A stretch of DNA of 21,165 nucleotides from Verrucomicrobiota bacterium. Lineage in GTDB: Bacteria > Verrucomicrobiota > Verrucomicrobiia > Limisphaerales > CANJXF01. A program made the position numbers and the translations under genes. This document shows positions 9,801-17,589 of the stretch, one piece after another. Position 1 is the stretch's first letter, and each line of letters starts with the position of its first letter. The stretch spans positions 1-21,165 of the forward strand of contig JBBQRQ010000088.1 of NCBI GenBank assembly GCA_038214755.1. The letters are read 5' to 3'. The notes beneath the pieces were generated by a model that did not search any database, was not told where the DNA came from, and saw only the letters and a list, made by a program, of their open reading frames with translations.

Positions 9801-10975
9801 ATTGGCGCTATCGCTTTGACGAAGTTGGGAATATAAGTGCGGGAAGCTAATATCGCTGGAGCTTTGTTAGTAGGATTGGGGAAATCATAGAGCCACACCC
9901 GCCCTCGCCCACCATTGGCGGTTCCGCCGATCTCTTCCAGTCCGGCGAACAGATGGTTCACATTATCAACTGCTATCGCTGACAGGTTTAATAATGGATC
10001 ATTGGCGGACGATGCCGTGAACGTTGCTATAACGGTGCAGGTATTGGTCGAAGCTACGTCATTGGTGATCGTCGCTGGATCATAGGACAGATAATAGAGC
10101 GGCGCGCCGACCTCCTTTGTGAAGAAGGTATTGGTCGGCCCAAAAGCAATGCCGTCATTGAACACCGCATTGGTGAGTCCGGGAACGTAGAGCCGATGGC
10201 CAGTGAAATTGGTTCCATCCGCAGTGGTAAACAAGAATATGTTTGTGCCCGGTCCCGCGGAAGAGGTGCTCGTTTTGCTTGCGTCCGCCGAACCGACGAT
10301 GATTTGCGTATTAGTTCCCGCGCCGCGAACGTCCATATTCAAAGCGAGTCGCTCGCTGACCGTCAAAGCCGCGCTGTTATATGCCACAGTGGGCGCCATA
10401 TTAAACCTGGCATCATTTGTATTTGCGGTTGGCCAACGATAAATTTTGAAGTTACTACTGTTTCTGTTGACCTGATTGGCCACATAAACCACGCCGTCGT
10501 CAGCCACACCCGCCGTCACGAAAGCAGCAAGTGAACCGCCAGTAATACCGTTTGTGTTAAGCGCACCAATGATCTGGCCAGAACTTGAGTCAAGAACGTA
10601 AATCGCAGCGTTAGGAGGAACGGCGGATGCGCCGCCCGAACCGGTATGACTATCAACAAAAACCAGATTCCCGGAAACAGGATCATAGGAAAGCCCGCGC
10701 ATGTTAAAACCGTTGGTCGAGTTCGGTGCGGCGATGGAGTCGCCGGGCTGGACTCCATAAGTATTCGTGGTCGTGGTCGTAATAATAGTCTGAGCGCTGA
10801 TCTGAATATTGTTTCCGGTGGTTGGACTGGTTCCGATGGAGTCGCCCGGTTGAATGCTTCCATCGCTACGACCGAAAGAAGTCAGCGGGTTAAGAGTGAA
10901 GGCGGTTTGCCCGCGCGCCGTGGCGAGCGACAAGGTGATGGCTACGCACAGTGAAAAGAAGAAGATTTTTTTCAT
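6872..10975 (-). CDS. Large exported modular protein: 3 beta-rich repeat modules (DUF4623-like), 2 Ig-like domains, C-terminal FYRL-type domain
   Basis: Signal peptide MKKIFFFSLCVAITLSLATARG. Three repeats of (S/A)Y(D/N)...(N/Q)L, GVADDG.(V/I)Y and (Y/F)RW. Ig-like segments at PTFVQDLP..YQWF and PKILAQP..IQWF..GDYF. Tail LSW...W...FYRL. DUF4623 name is from recall. Confidence 0.8.
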   Translation of the reverse strand: MKKIFFFSLCVAITLSLATARGQTAFTLNPLTSFGRSDGSIQPGDSIGTSPTTGNNIQISAQTIITTTTTNTYGVQPGDSIAAPNSTNGFNMRGLSYDPVSGNLVFVDSHTGSGGASAVPPNAAIYVLDSSSGQIIGALNTNGITGGSLAAFVTAGVADDGVVYVANQVNRNSSNFKIYRWPTANTNDARFNMAPTVAYNSAALTVSERLALNMDVRGAGTNTQIIVGSADASKTSTSSAGPGTNIFLFTTADGTNFTGHRLYVPGLTNAVFNDGIAFGPTNTFFTKEVGAPLYYLSYDPATITNDVASTNTCTVIATFTASSANDPLLNLSAIAVDNVNHLFAGLEEIGGTANGGRGRVWLYDFPNPTNKAPAILASRTYIPNFVKAIAPMGYLDFGGGRLYANVVNNGLLASTVDSIPLLAPTFVQDLPSSTRIAVGQTAHFEVIAITDVTNYQWFSNNVAIAGATTYYIDVPNVQTNLSGTVYKVVASNPAGTITSSNSTLRVVSVADFFHLNSLWSIAANTSSDATNYITSNGGANPKEKTIAYNSLSNQLLVVRGVVNTLPTVFVINPDNGAILYTLKTNGISGGNSLTLAGIGVADDGAVYAANAATDNSFRVYRWADTGSNTIPQIIYGTNSSAGLANPIADFTGGQTFRFGDTLAVRGSGLNTEIILDSGNTAKYVAILHPTDTTMTNWSSTPYLLQNIQGSYGSEAYGVTVGRSLQFGIGNTFWQKRYNAAAGAPLAEMSYTTGGGLSPLVLANVGLPLFTNGPAGINFSLNVIATVNFVGGITADSTTSQDTLDYYDFTDPAQAVLLSKQNLPGGTLTGLHKGNTPAVAQVVFAFNPLSNTNYVFVINGNNGISAFVLAGGITPPPKILAQPKNLRILEGSSGALGVSIDQLATIQWFKGTNSPVDTGVRGNSYPIPNAQSSAAGDYFAIATNINGSITSLVAHVSIGLSNNVYTLTQAWAAPAGNTNYPYVTSDGGANTPNERSFAYNSRSNQLVVVRCPPGSTAYTVWVVDAATGANLYTLNTTGVIHEGPSEVPGANPIDLVAAGVADDGAIYICSESPNASGGAAGNTTKMMHVFRWADSGSNTAPTLVYQGDPSGQPAGLNLRWGDVMAARGSGTNTELVLNSFEGNFGAVLKPTDTTVTNFTNSFFADAAGGGSIGRSIQFGTNNTVYEKRRGAPLYYSVYNVTNQTTSLLFGTDFSATLGGGAVDTAHALFAGVDFVGNATSRPDTVTLYDISDPTTPMLISQYPFPSNQVANANSICQTVVVSNRVYSLDANNGLVAFNIVPPVGAPLVLTISRAGSTVTLSWTDSSAVLQGTPSLTPTIVWTDITTVGQTTAVESAASGNKFYRLIKR

Positions 10976-11230
10976 AACAATGATGAGATAGTGGAATGTT
11001 GTTTTACCATTCCAAATCGGTTCCTCTCTGTCAATAAACTCCTTAAATTTTTTTTGCTGTTCCGAAGTATTTCCGTCAGCTTGGTTATCATGGATCTGGA
11101 AAAATCCTCAATAAATTGAACGCTTCGCTTGACATTTTAATTTTTGAGTTGAAATATCTTTTTAATTCCAAGATGAAAAGAGTAGAGTCCAATTTATTTT
11201 AGTTAGCAAACCCTCCATGAAGGTTACCCT

Positions 11231-12103
11231 ATGAATATGCGCCGAACTTTTTCCAGAGCGTTCACCTTGATCGAATTGTTGGTGGTTATCGCCATCATCG
11301 CGATTCTGGCCGGCTTGCTCCTGCCGGCTTTAGCCAAGGCCAAGGAAAAGGCCAATAAAATTTCCTGCCTCAATAATTGCAAGCAAATGGGTCTGGGCCA
11401 GCAGATGTTTGCCGATGACTCGGATAACGGGAATAACCTTTGGTCTCCGCCCTTTGCTCCCAAGGGTTGTCTTACCGGCACCTTGGTTAACGGCGGCACC
11501 GATCCCTCTCAAGGCGTGGCGGGGCAAATGGCTGATGACGATCTTAACTGGCTTTATGGGATGCAAACTTTCCCGCCTAGTGGCGACGACCAGATCGGCT
11601 ACGTCAAGACTTTGAGAACATTTACCTGCCCCACTACGAAGAACCAAATTGGTGTGACCAACACATTTGTCGTAAATCCTCAACGCACCTTAAAAATATA
11701 TAAGGGACTGCTCGACTTGCGAGATAAAGCAACGGACAAAAATGACACGAGCGGCCACAGTTATGAGGTCTTTGGCTTTTGGCACGAGTACAGTAACCCG
11801 GCGGGATTTCCCCGGAAGACACTTAATAGCGTGCAAAAACATCTGAATAGCTACACGTCGAATCCCAAGATTAAGGGGACCGTTTCCGGGCCGTCGCAGA
11901 TTTTCACCATCATGGACCGGCTACAACCTCATGCTCCCTATAATGAGAACGCGCCCAATCCCTATGATGGACATGGTCTGGACGGAGCTAATACCGTGTT
12001 CACCGATGGACACGCGGAATTTGTCTCACGTAGAAAATGGTATGATGTTTACAGCGCTTCAGAAGATGATAGCAACGCGAAAAACGGTGTCGTAATCCCT
12101 TAA
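11231..12103 (+). CDS. Prepilin-type N-terminal cleavage/methylation domain protein with C-terminal H-X9-DG-like motif
   Basis: [36 protein letters not shown] and [14 protein letters not shown] (H-X10-DG variant). Start could be 11237. Confidence 0.88.
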   Translation: MNMRRTFSRAFTLIELLVVIAIIAILAGLLLPALAKAKEKANKISCLNNCKQMGLGQQMFADDSDNGNNLWSPPFAPKGCLTGTLVNGGTDPSQGVAGQMADDDLNWLYGMQTFPPSGDDQIGYVKTLRTFTCPTTKNQIGVTNTFVVNPQRTLKIYKGLLDLRDKATDKNDTSGHSYEVFGFWHEYSNPAGFPRKTLNSVQKHLNSYTSNPKIKGTVSGPSQIFTIMDRLQPHAPYNENAPNPYDGHGLDGANTVFTDGHAEFVSRRKWYDVYSASEDDSNAKNGVVIP

Positions 12104-12405
12104 CCGCGCCAGGGTCGGTAGTTACTTCAATCTTACGGGCGGTATCGTAATCCCACTTGGCCGACCTATCCGTATCGTCCTCCAAAAACTTTTCATCCAT
12201 TCCGTAAGCAACGGCCAAGTAGATTATCCTTGATTCTATGTTGTCTATCCAAAGTCACGGAAAGCATCTGCCTCCGGCGGGTTTGAATCATTTCGATGTT
12301 CAGCGTTGAGTGTTGGATGCTCAACTCTTTTTCCGAACTTCGAACATCCAACGCTGAACATCCAACATCGAACTTGAGAGAACTCTATCCGCACCCACCG
12401 GAGGG

Positions 12406-12694
12406 CTTGTCATTACCCACATCTCAACTGGGATTTTTTCAATCCTGAAAGGATTGGTATCACTTAGCCCAGGGTTGCGCGGCACGAGCTACCCTGGGTG
12501 ACGTAAAGAAATTGTTCCAACCACAACGGGGTTGTGTCTCATTCGAACTAACGATGTGTTCGGGCTGCAACCCCGTCGGGGTTGATTTCTCTCGGTCCGT
12601 TGACCCAGGGTAGCTTGTGCCTCGCAACCCTGGGCTAAACGGTGCAATCCCGTCGGGATTGAGTAACCGCCGACGAATTGTGGGTAATGACAAG
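12406..12694. mobile_element. MITE with 16-bp perfect terminal inverted repeats (IS4 family, IS50-like ends) and target duplication
   Basis: CTTGTCATTACCCACA (12406-12421) and TGTGGGTAATGACAAG (12679-12694). Flanks ACCGGAGGG and GCCGGAGGC match at 7/9 (CCGGAGG perfect). No transposase gene. Confidence 0.8.
12439..12662. repeat. Multi-hairpin inverted repeat (second REP-like family) inside the MITE
   Basis: TTAGCCCAGGGTTGCGCGGCACGAGCTACCCTGGGT pairs with ACCCAGGGTAGCTTGTGCCTCGCAACCCTGGGCTAA; sub-hairpins of type CAATCC-N-GGATTG and CAACC-N-GGTTG occur on both arms. Confidence 0.8.
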
Positions 12695-12851
12695 GCCGGA
12701 GGCGGTTTCGAGTTTGTTTCGATTTCCAGCGTTGAATGTGGGATGCTCAACTCTTTTTCCAAACATCGAACATCGAATACTGAATATCCAACATCGAATC
12801 GGCGAGAACCTCTATTCGCACCCGCCAGAGGCAGATGCTACCCCGTCCAAC

Positions 12852-12876
12852 AACCCCGCCTGTTCTATGGCGGGTT
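12852..12876 (-). terminator. Possible terminator hairpin after the 843-aa gene
   Basis: CCCGCC-8 nt-GGCGGG stem; only a weak U-rich tail on the minus strand. Confidence 0.35.
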
Positions 12877-12890
12877 AGCATAGGAATATC

Positions 12891-15422
12891 CTATAGGCCT
12901 AGTATTCGATAGAACCGGGTATTAGTGCCTATCACACTATTTGTGGAAGCGGTGGTTGCGCCCGTGGCGGTGATAGGTGAGCCGGTATTAATCCAACTCG
13001 CGTCAGAGAGTGAGTTCTTATATTGCACCTGATAGCTATGCCCGGACACTGACTGCCAAGTCAAAACCACGGCGGGGCCGGGTTGGGCCGTGACTGAAGC
13101 AATGCTATAGGCCGAAAGTGGAGGAGGTGGAACCCCGTAGCTTAAAGCAACAATACCGTTGTTGACATCCAGAGCGAAAGCCCGGCCACTCTTGATCGCA
13201 ACTGCGGCATTGGCCTGGATGTTGCCGTTGGCGGTTGCAAAAAATGCTTGATGGAACAAGCTGGGCGGATTGGTTCCATTCAGTTGAAACAATTGCAGGT
13301 CGTTGGGGTTGTCATTAAAAATTACCCCCGCCAAAATGTTCAGATTGGTATCGATTCCGATACCTCCGAGGCTGGTGGCAATCTGAGCGGGAACAGCGAA
13401 ATCCTGAATCACACTCGCACTGCCCGCCACAGGATCGAAAGCCACCTGTCGCAAATCGAACCCGCTGCTTTTTGCCCAGAAGGTATTGCTGGAACCAAAG
13501 GCGATACCCAGACCGGCGAAATTATTCGGTGCGCCGGGAACGTTGATAACCATGGGCGTAAAGGTTGCGCCATCCGTTGTAGTAAAGAGAACCACGTTGT
13601 TACTATTGAATGAGCCGAAAAGGATTTGGGTAGTAAGACCCGCGCCACGCACCGCCATGCTGTCACCTATGCGGTCGGTGGAACCTATACTGCCATTGGG
13701 ACCATACGCTTGAGCGGGAACTGCATTACTCTCCGCAGCAGGCCAACTATAAATATTAAAATTATTTCCATCGAGAGTGAGACCAGCGGCATAGACTACT
13801 CCGTCACCCGCGACTCCTACCAGGTTCAAAGGGAAGAAGCTCCCGGCTATTCCCAAAGTATTCATCGTGAAAAGATCGTTTCCATTATTCGCATTCAGAA
13901 CATAGATGGTAGTGTTGCCATGATCGGAGACCAGAACGCGACTGGTGTTCGTATCGTAAGCTATGCCTCTGGTATTGTAATCGCTGGTCCCCAGGTAAGA
14001 TCGGCTGCCGGCTGCGACAGTCCAAAGCTGGGTGACAACTGAACTGGAGAGTGGCGTACTCACGTTAACTAATACGGCCACACTGCTGGTCGATCCACCC
14101 GCATTGCTCACGATCACACTATAGTAACCTGAATTAGTCACTGGAGGAAAATTCAGAGTATAGGTCGAGTTGGTCGCGCCACTTATGTTATTGGAATTAA
14201 ACTGCCACTGGTAGAAAAACGGAACGGAGCCGCTAGCGACCACCGACAAGGTAAAGGAAGGTGCATTGGTATAGATCGTTCCGCCGACTGGTTGTGTCGT
14301 GATGGTAGGCGCGACGGCGGCCGCCGTGAAGTTGATCTGGGATGCCTGCAAGCCGTTGTTGGTCTCCAACGCGTAGATGACATTGGTCTTACCTGGCCCG
14401 CCCAAAGCAACACCTGCCGTCTGATTGCCATTGGCGTTGGCTGTGCTGATAGTAGTCGTAGCCAATAGGGTAAGTCCGCTGCTGAAGGAAGGAAGGCTAT
14501 ACAAACTAACATTCGTGGAGGTTGCGCCATGGGTCGCCAAAAGCTTGGCGACAGGATTGTAGGAGAGTTGCAGATAGTTGCCGGCCAAAGGAGTGCTGCC
14601 AAGGACCACACCGTTTGTTATTTGCACCCCGGCCAAATTGGTTGGGTACTGAACAAGGTAAAGATTAGCGCTGCCATTGGGTTTGATAAGGAAGGTGTTG
14701 TTCGTATAGAAGGCCAGACCGAAGGCAACACCGGAGCCAGCTGCGGGCAGGTTAGTAAAGGATAGGATGGTGGGAGTAAAGTTAGTCCCATCCGACGTTC
14801 TGAATAACACCACATTGGTCGTGGCTGCTGAGCTGGTATTGAGACCGGCCAGGATCAAGGTATTGGTTCCGGAACCACTCACTACCAACGTATCACCAAT
14901 TCGTTTGCCAGGCAGCGTCAAGCCAAAGGTAGGGTCGCCGGAGAAAGCAGTCACTTGATTGGTATCATTCCAACTTGACCAACGATAAATTTTAAACGGC
15001 GCGGTTCCACTGGGAGCAGTCTGGAGATTGCCGCCGTAAATCACCCCGTCCTCAGCCACCACAACTTGATCCACTTTGAAATTGCCGCCAACCGTCCAGC
15101 TTGCATCAACACTACCAACGTAACTCCCGCTGCTACTAAAAACATCAATCGTCGGCACCCCTTTATTAACGACCAATACCTGATTTGAGATAGCGTCGTA
15201 AGCCATGCCGCGATTATTATCTCCGGTAGTAATATGAGTGCTGGGAGTATTGTTGGTCACGACCCAAACGTTGGTTAAAGAATAACTTTGTGAGTAGCCG
15301 TGTTGAACCAGCCCGGCCAACAGTAGAGCGCCAAAGATAGGTTTGGCGGCACTCTTCCCCAGCGAAGTTATGACATGAGTTAAACGAGCACGACTGTTGG
15401 AATCTTTTTTTGCATTTTTCAT
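12891..15422 (-). CDS. Exported modular protein: 2 beta-rich repeat modules (DUF4623-like), 1 Ig-like domain, C-terminal FYRI-type domain
   Basis: Long signal-like N-terminus. Modules marked by RGMAYD/RGIAYD, V(A)(E/G)DGV(I/V)Y, FKIY(R/S)W and RIGD. Ig segment PTITTQP..YQWQFN..SGYYSV.VSN. Tail LTWQS..G.SYQVQY...L....W...RFYRI. Same family as 6872-10975. Confidence 0.8.
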   Translation of the reverse strand: MKNAKKDSNSRARLTHVITSLGKSAAKPIFGALLLAGLVQHGYSQSYSLTNVWVVTNNTPSTHITTGDNNRGMAYDAISNQVLVVNKGVPTIDVFSSSGSYVGSVDASWTVGGNFKVDQVVVAEDGVIYGGNLQTAPSGTAPFKIYRWSSWNDTNQVTAFSGDPTFGLTLPGKRIGDTLVVSGSGTNTLILAGLNTSSAATTNVVLFRTSDGTNFTPTILSFTNLPAAGSGVAFGLAFYTNNTFLIKPNGSANLYLVQYPTNLAGVQITNGVVLGSTPLAGNYLQLSYNPVAKLLATHGATSTNVSLYSLPSFSSGLTLLATTTISTANANGNQTAGVALGGPGKTNVIYALETNNGLQASQINFTAAAVAPTITTQPVGGTIYTNAPSFTLSVVASGSVPFFYQWQFNSNNISGATNSTYTLNFPPVTNSGYYSVIVSNAGGSTSSVAVLVNVSTPLSSSVVTQLWTVAAGSRSYLGTSDYNTRGIAYDTNTSRVLVSDHGNTTIYVLNANNGNDLFTMNTLGIAGSFFPLNLVGVAGDGVVYAAGLTLDGNNFNIYSWPAAESNAVPAQAYGPNGSIGSTDRIGDSMAVRGAGLTTQILFGSFNSNNVVLFTTTDGATFTPMVINVPGAPNNFAGLGIAFGSSNTFWAKSSGFDLRQVAFDPVAGSASVIQDFAVPAQIATSLGGIGIDTNLNILAGVIFNDNPNDLQLFQLNGTNPPSLFHQAFFATANGNIQANAAVAIKSGRAFALDVNNGIVALSYGVPPPPLSAYSIASVTAQPGPAVVLTWQSVSGHSYQVQYKNSLSDASWINTGSPITATGATTASTNSVIGTNTRFYRILGL

Positions 15423-15484
15423 AGATAGGGAGCTTGATGATTTATGTTTTTGATAAAACAGGTAATTTTTATGACCCGATAAAA

Positions 15485-16330
15485 TTAAGGCCCAACTCGC
15501 TTCCTGCTTAACTTCAATCGCTGAAGGTCGCGATCTTTAACACTACTGGGTGCTTGAAAACCCGGACCAATTGGACCAGTGCCATCATCCGCAATAGCGT
15601 TGTCATCGATAATCCAATGATCCCTCCACCGCCAGATTTCAGCATGGCCATCCGCAAAACCAAGAACGCCTGAGTTATTATGCCTGGAGGTAGGTAAGTT
15701 CCAATAACCTATCGTGCCCCCGGCCGGATCACTCTCGGTTCCAGGAAAGATGCCGATGACATTATTGTCACAACTATTCCCTGCCTCATCGATAAACACC
15801 GAGGCCAGAGCCGGTGTGGGATTATTAATTTCCGTCATCTTGACAAAGCTATTGGTCGGAGGCTTGGTCGGATCTTGAGTTGAATTCATCCCTACGCTCA
15901 TCGAGACACTGCGGAACCGCTGAATGCTCGGATTGCCCGCCACCGTAGTTTTGTCTGCCGGGCAGTGATAGATACCCGCATTGCCATTGTATTGAAAAAG
16001 AGTGCCGTGCGTGATGGCCAAATTATTGGCGTCGAGCCGCGCGTTGCCGGTCCAAATGGGTAACCCCAGTTGGCTTCCGGCTGACACCCATGCCAGCGGA
16101 CCACACTTATCGTTGCTGAAAGAGTCGTTGTTCACCAAAGCTTCACGGTTATCTCCCGCATACATCGTCCAGCATAGTTGCAGTTGTTTGAAATTACTTA
16201 GACAAGCTGTGCTCAATGCCTTCGCTTTTGCCTTGGATAACGCGGGAAGTAAAAGACCGGCGAGGATAGCAATAATAGCAATCACCACCAGCAACTCGAT
16301 CAAAGTAAAAGCGTGTTTTTGGCGAGTCAT
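15485..16330 (-). CDS. Prepilin-type N-terminal cleavage/methylation domain protein with H-X9-DG motif
   Basis: [46 protein letters not shown] and [16 protein letters not shown]. Alternative start 16351. Confidence 0.88.
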   Translation of the reverse strand: MTRQKHAFTLIELLVVIAIIAILAGLLLPALSKAKAKALSTACLSNFKQLQLCWTMYAGDNREALVNNDSFSNDKCGPLAWVSAGSQLGLPIWTGNARLDANNLAITHGTLFQYNGNAGIYHCPADKTTVAGNPSIQRFRSVSMSVGMNSTQDPTKPPTNSFVKMTEINNPTPALASVFIDEAGNSCDNNVIGIFPGTESDPAGGTIGYWNLPTSRHNNSGVLGFADGHAEIWRWRDHWIIDDNAIADDGTGPIGPGFQAPSSVKDRDLQRLKLSRKRVGP

Positions 16331-16357
16331 AAATCCCGGAGGCGAGATCATCGCTGG

Positions 16358-16387
16358 AATCTAAGCCCATCGATTCGGAACTGTCAA
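16358..16387 (-). promoter_or_regulatory. Candidate sigma70-type promoter for the prepilin-like gene
   Basis: Minus strand TTGACA - 18 nt - TAGATT. Confidence 0.5.
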
Positions 16388-16405
16388 CCAATCGGAGAAA
16401 ACCCT

Positions 16406-17365
16406 CTATTTCGGCAGCCATTTCTCCCAATTTTTTGCGAACTCATCCGCGTTCGCTTTCGTCACCGGAACGAGCGGGCTGACATCTTTCACGCTCACCG
16501 GATTTTTTTTCAGGTGAACTTTGTTGATGAGGTGTTCGACCGACCGGTAGCCCCACTCAAAACATTGCTGCGCCAAAAGTAATTGCACGTGGCCGCTGCG
16601 CAGATAGGCCAACTCCGGCGGAAGCGCGTCCACTGCGACGCATTTCACCGTGCCGGGCTGCCATTTCAACGCGTTGTCGGTGAAAAGCGGCCAGCCACCG
16701 ATCATCGCCCAACCCGTGATGTCGGGATTGGATTGCATCACCTGCTCGACTTTCGCGGCGGCGTCTTGCGGCGTCTCTTTGTGATAATAGGTTTCGCGGA
16801 TTTTTATTCCGGGAAATTTCTTCGCGGCATTTTTCACGCCTTGCACGCGCTTCTGAAGGTTCGGCGCATTCTGATTTCCCGCGAGAATGGCGACCACGCC
16901 TTTTCCGCCCATGATTTTTCCGAGTTCCTCCATGACTTGCTCGCCGCATTTCACGTCATCGACGCCAAAGGTGACGAACCGCTTGCTGGCTGGCGCGTCG
17001 GAATCGAACGTCGCAACCGGCACGCTGTTTTTCACCGCGCCGTTAATTGCATCGGTCAATTTGTTCGCGTCCGAACAACTCACCGCAATTCCATCCGCGC
17101 CGCTCAAGACGAGTTGCTCGATGGCCTCGGCTTGTTTTTGCGCGTCCTCTTCGTTGGGCGTGCGCCAATCAATTTTAATTTGGATGCCGTGCTTTTTTCC
17201 AAGGTCTTTCGCGGCCTGCTCCGCGCCCACGCGCGCCGCCTGGAAAACCGGATTCCCCTGCGACTTCGCGACGAGGCCGATGGTGTATTTATCTTTCGCG
17301 TTCGCCGTGGAAACGAGAGCAAGTCCTGCTGCGAGAATGCCGGAAAAAATGGTGTGCAATTTCAT
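16406..17365 (-). CDS. Periplasmic sugar-binding protein (RbsB/LsrB-like, type 1 PBP fold)
   Basis: Signal peptide MKLHTIFSGILAAGLALVSTANA; motifs IGLVAKSQGNPVF, DGIAVS, VPVATFDSD, NLQKRVQG, LLLAQQ.FEWGY. ATG 17365 chosen because the upstream extension is REPIN-derived. Confidence 0.88.
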   Translation of the reverse strand: MKLHTIFSGILAAGLALVSTANAKDKYTIGLVAKSQGNPVFQAARVGAEQAAKDLGKKHGIQIKIDWRTPNEEDAQKQAEAIEQLVLSGADGIAVSCSDANKLTDAINGAVKNSVPVATFDSDAPASKRFVTFGVDDVKCGEQVMEELGKIMGGKGVVAILAGNQNAPNLQKRVQGVKNAAKKFPGIKIRETYYHKETPQDAAAKVEQVMQSNPDITGWAMIGGWPLFTDNALKWQPGTVKCVAVDALPPELAYLRSGHVQLLLAQQCFEWGYRSVEHLINKVHLKKNPVSVKDVSPLVPVTKANADEFAKNWEKWLPK

Positions 17366-17419
17366 ATTTGTTAGTGAGTTCGAAGCACTTTGCAAAAACG
17401 CATCGCGAAACTCAAGCGT

Positions 17420-17584
17420 CGGGTAGCATTTGCCTCCGGCGGGTGCGAACCGGGACCATTCGATGTTGGATGTTCCAGTGTTCGGTGTTAAAAATTTGAA
17501 ACATCGAACATCCAACATCCAACATCGAACGCTGAACATCGAATGAAGAATTTCTTCGCACCCGCCGGAGGCAGATGCTACCCG
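17420..17584. mobile_element. REPIN-like element: inverted REP pair enclosing an AACATCG heptamer hairpin
   Basis: CGGGTAGCATTTGCCTCCGGCGGGTGCGAA (17420-17449) and TTCGCACCCGCCGGAGGCAGATGCTACCCG (17555-17584), 29/30 complementary. Inner arms TTCGATG TTGGATG ... AACATCG AACATCC AACATCC AACATCG. Confidence 0.88.
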
Positions 17585-17589
17585 GCTCG

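Larger units (their letters stand above)
12259..12843. mobile_element. Composite REPIN-like array: REP - heptamer hairpin - (split REP with MITE) - heptamer hairpin - REP
   Basis: Outer inverted REPs at 12259-12287 and 12815-12843. Two similar internal modules (TTCGAT.T.CAGCGTTGA.TGT.GGATGCTCAACTCTTTTTCC.AAC...ATCCAACATCGAA) at about 12291-12373 and 12717-12798. Confidence 0.8.

Noticed and set aside
10976..11230. Divergent sigma70 promoters (TTGACA at 11129 plus strand and 11034 minus strand)
   Set aside because: The AT-rich region probably holds promoters, but the best -10 candidates are 20-22 nt away, so no specific call is supportable.
12460..12883. Short ORFs of 100, 88 and 66 aa
   Set aside because: They lie entirely within nested palindromic elements and have no transposase motifs.
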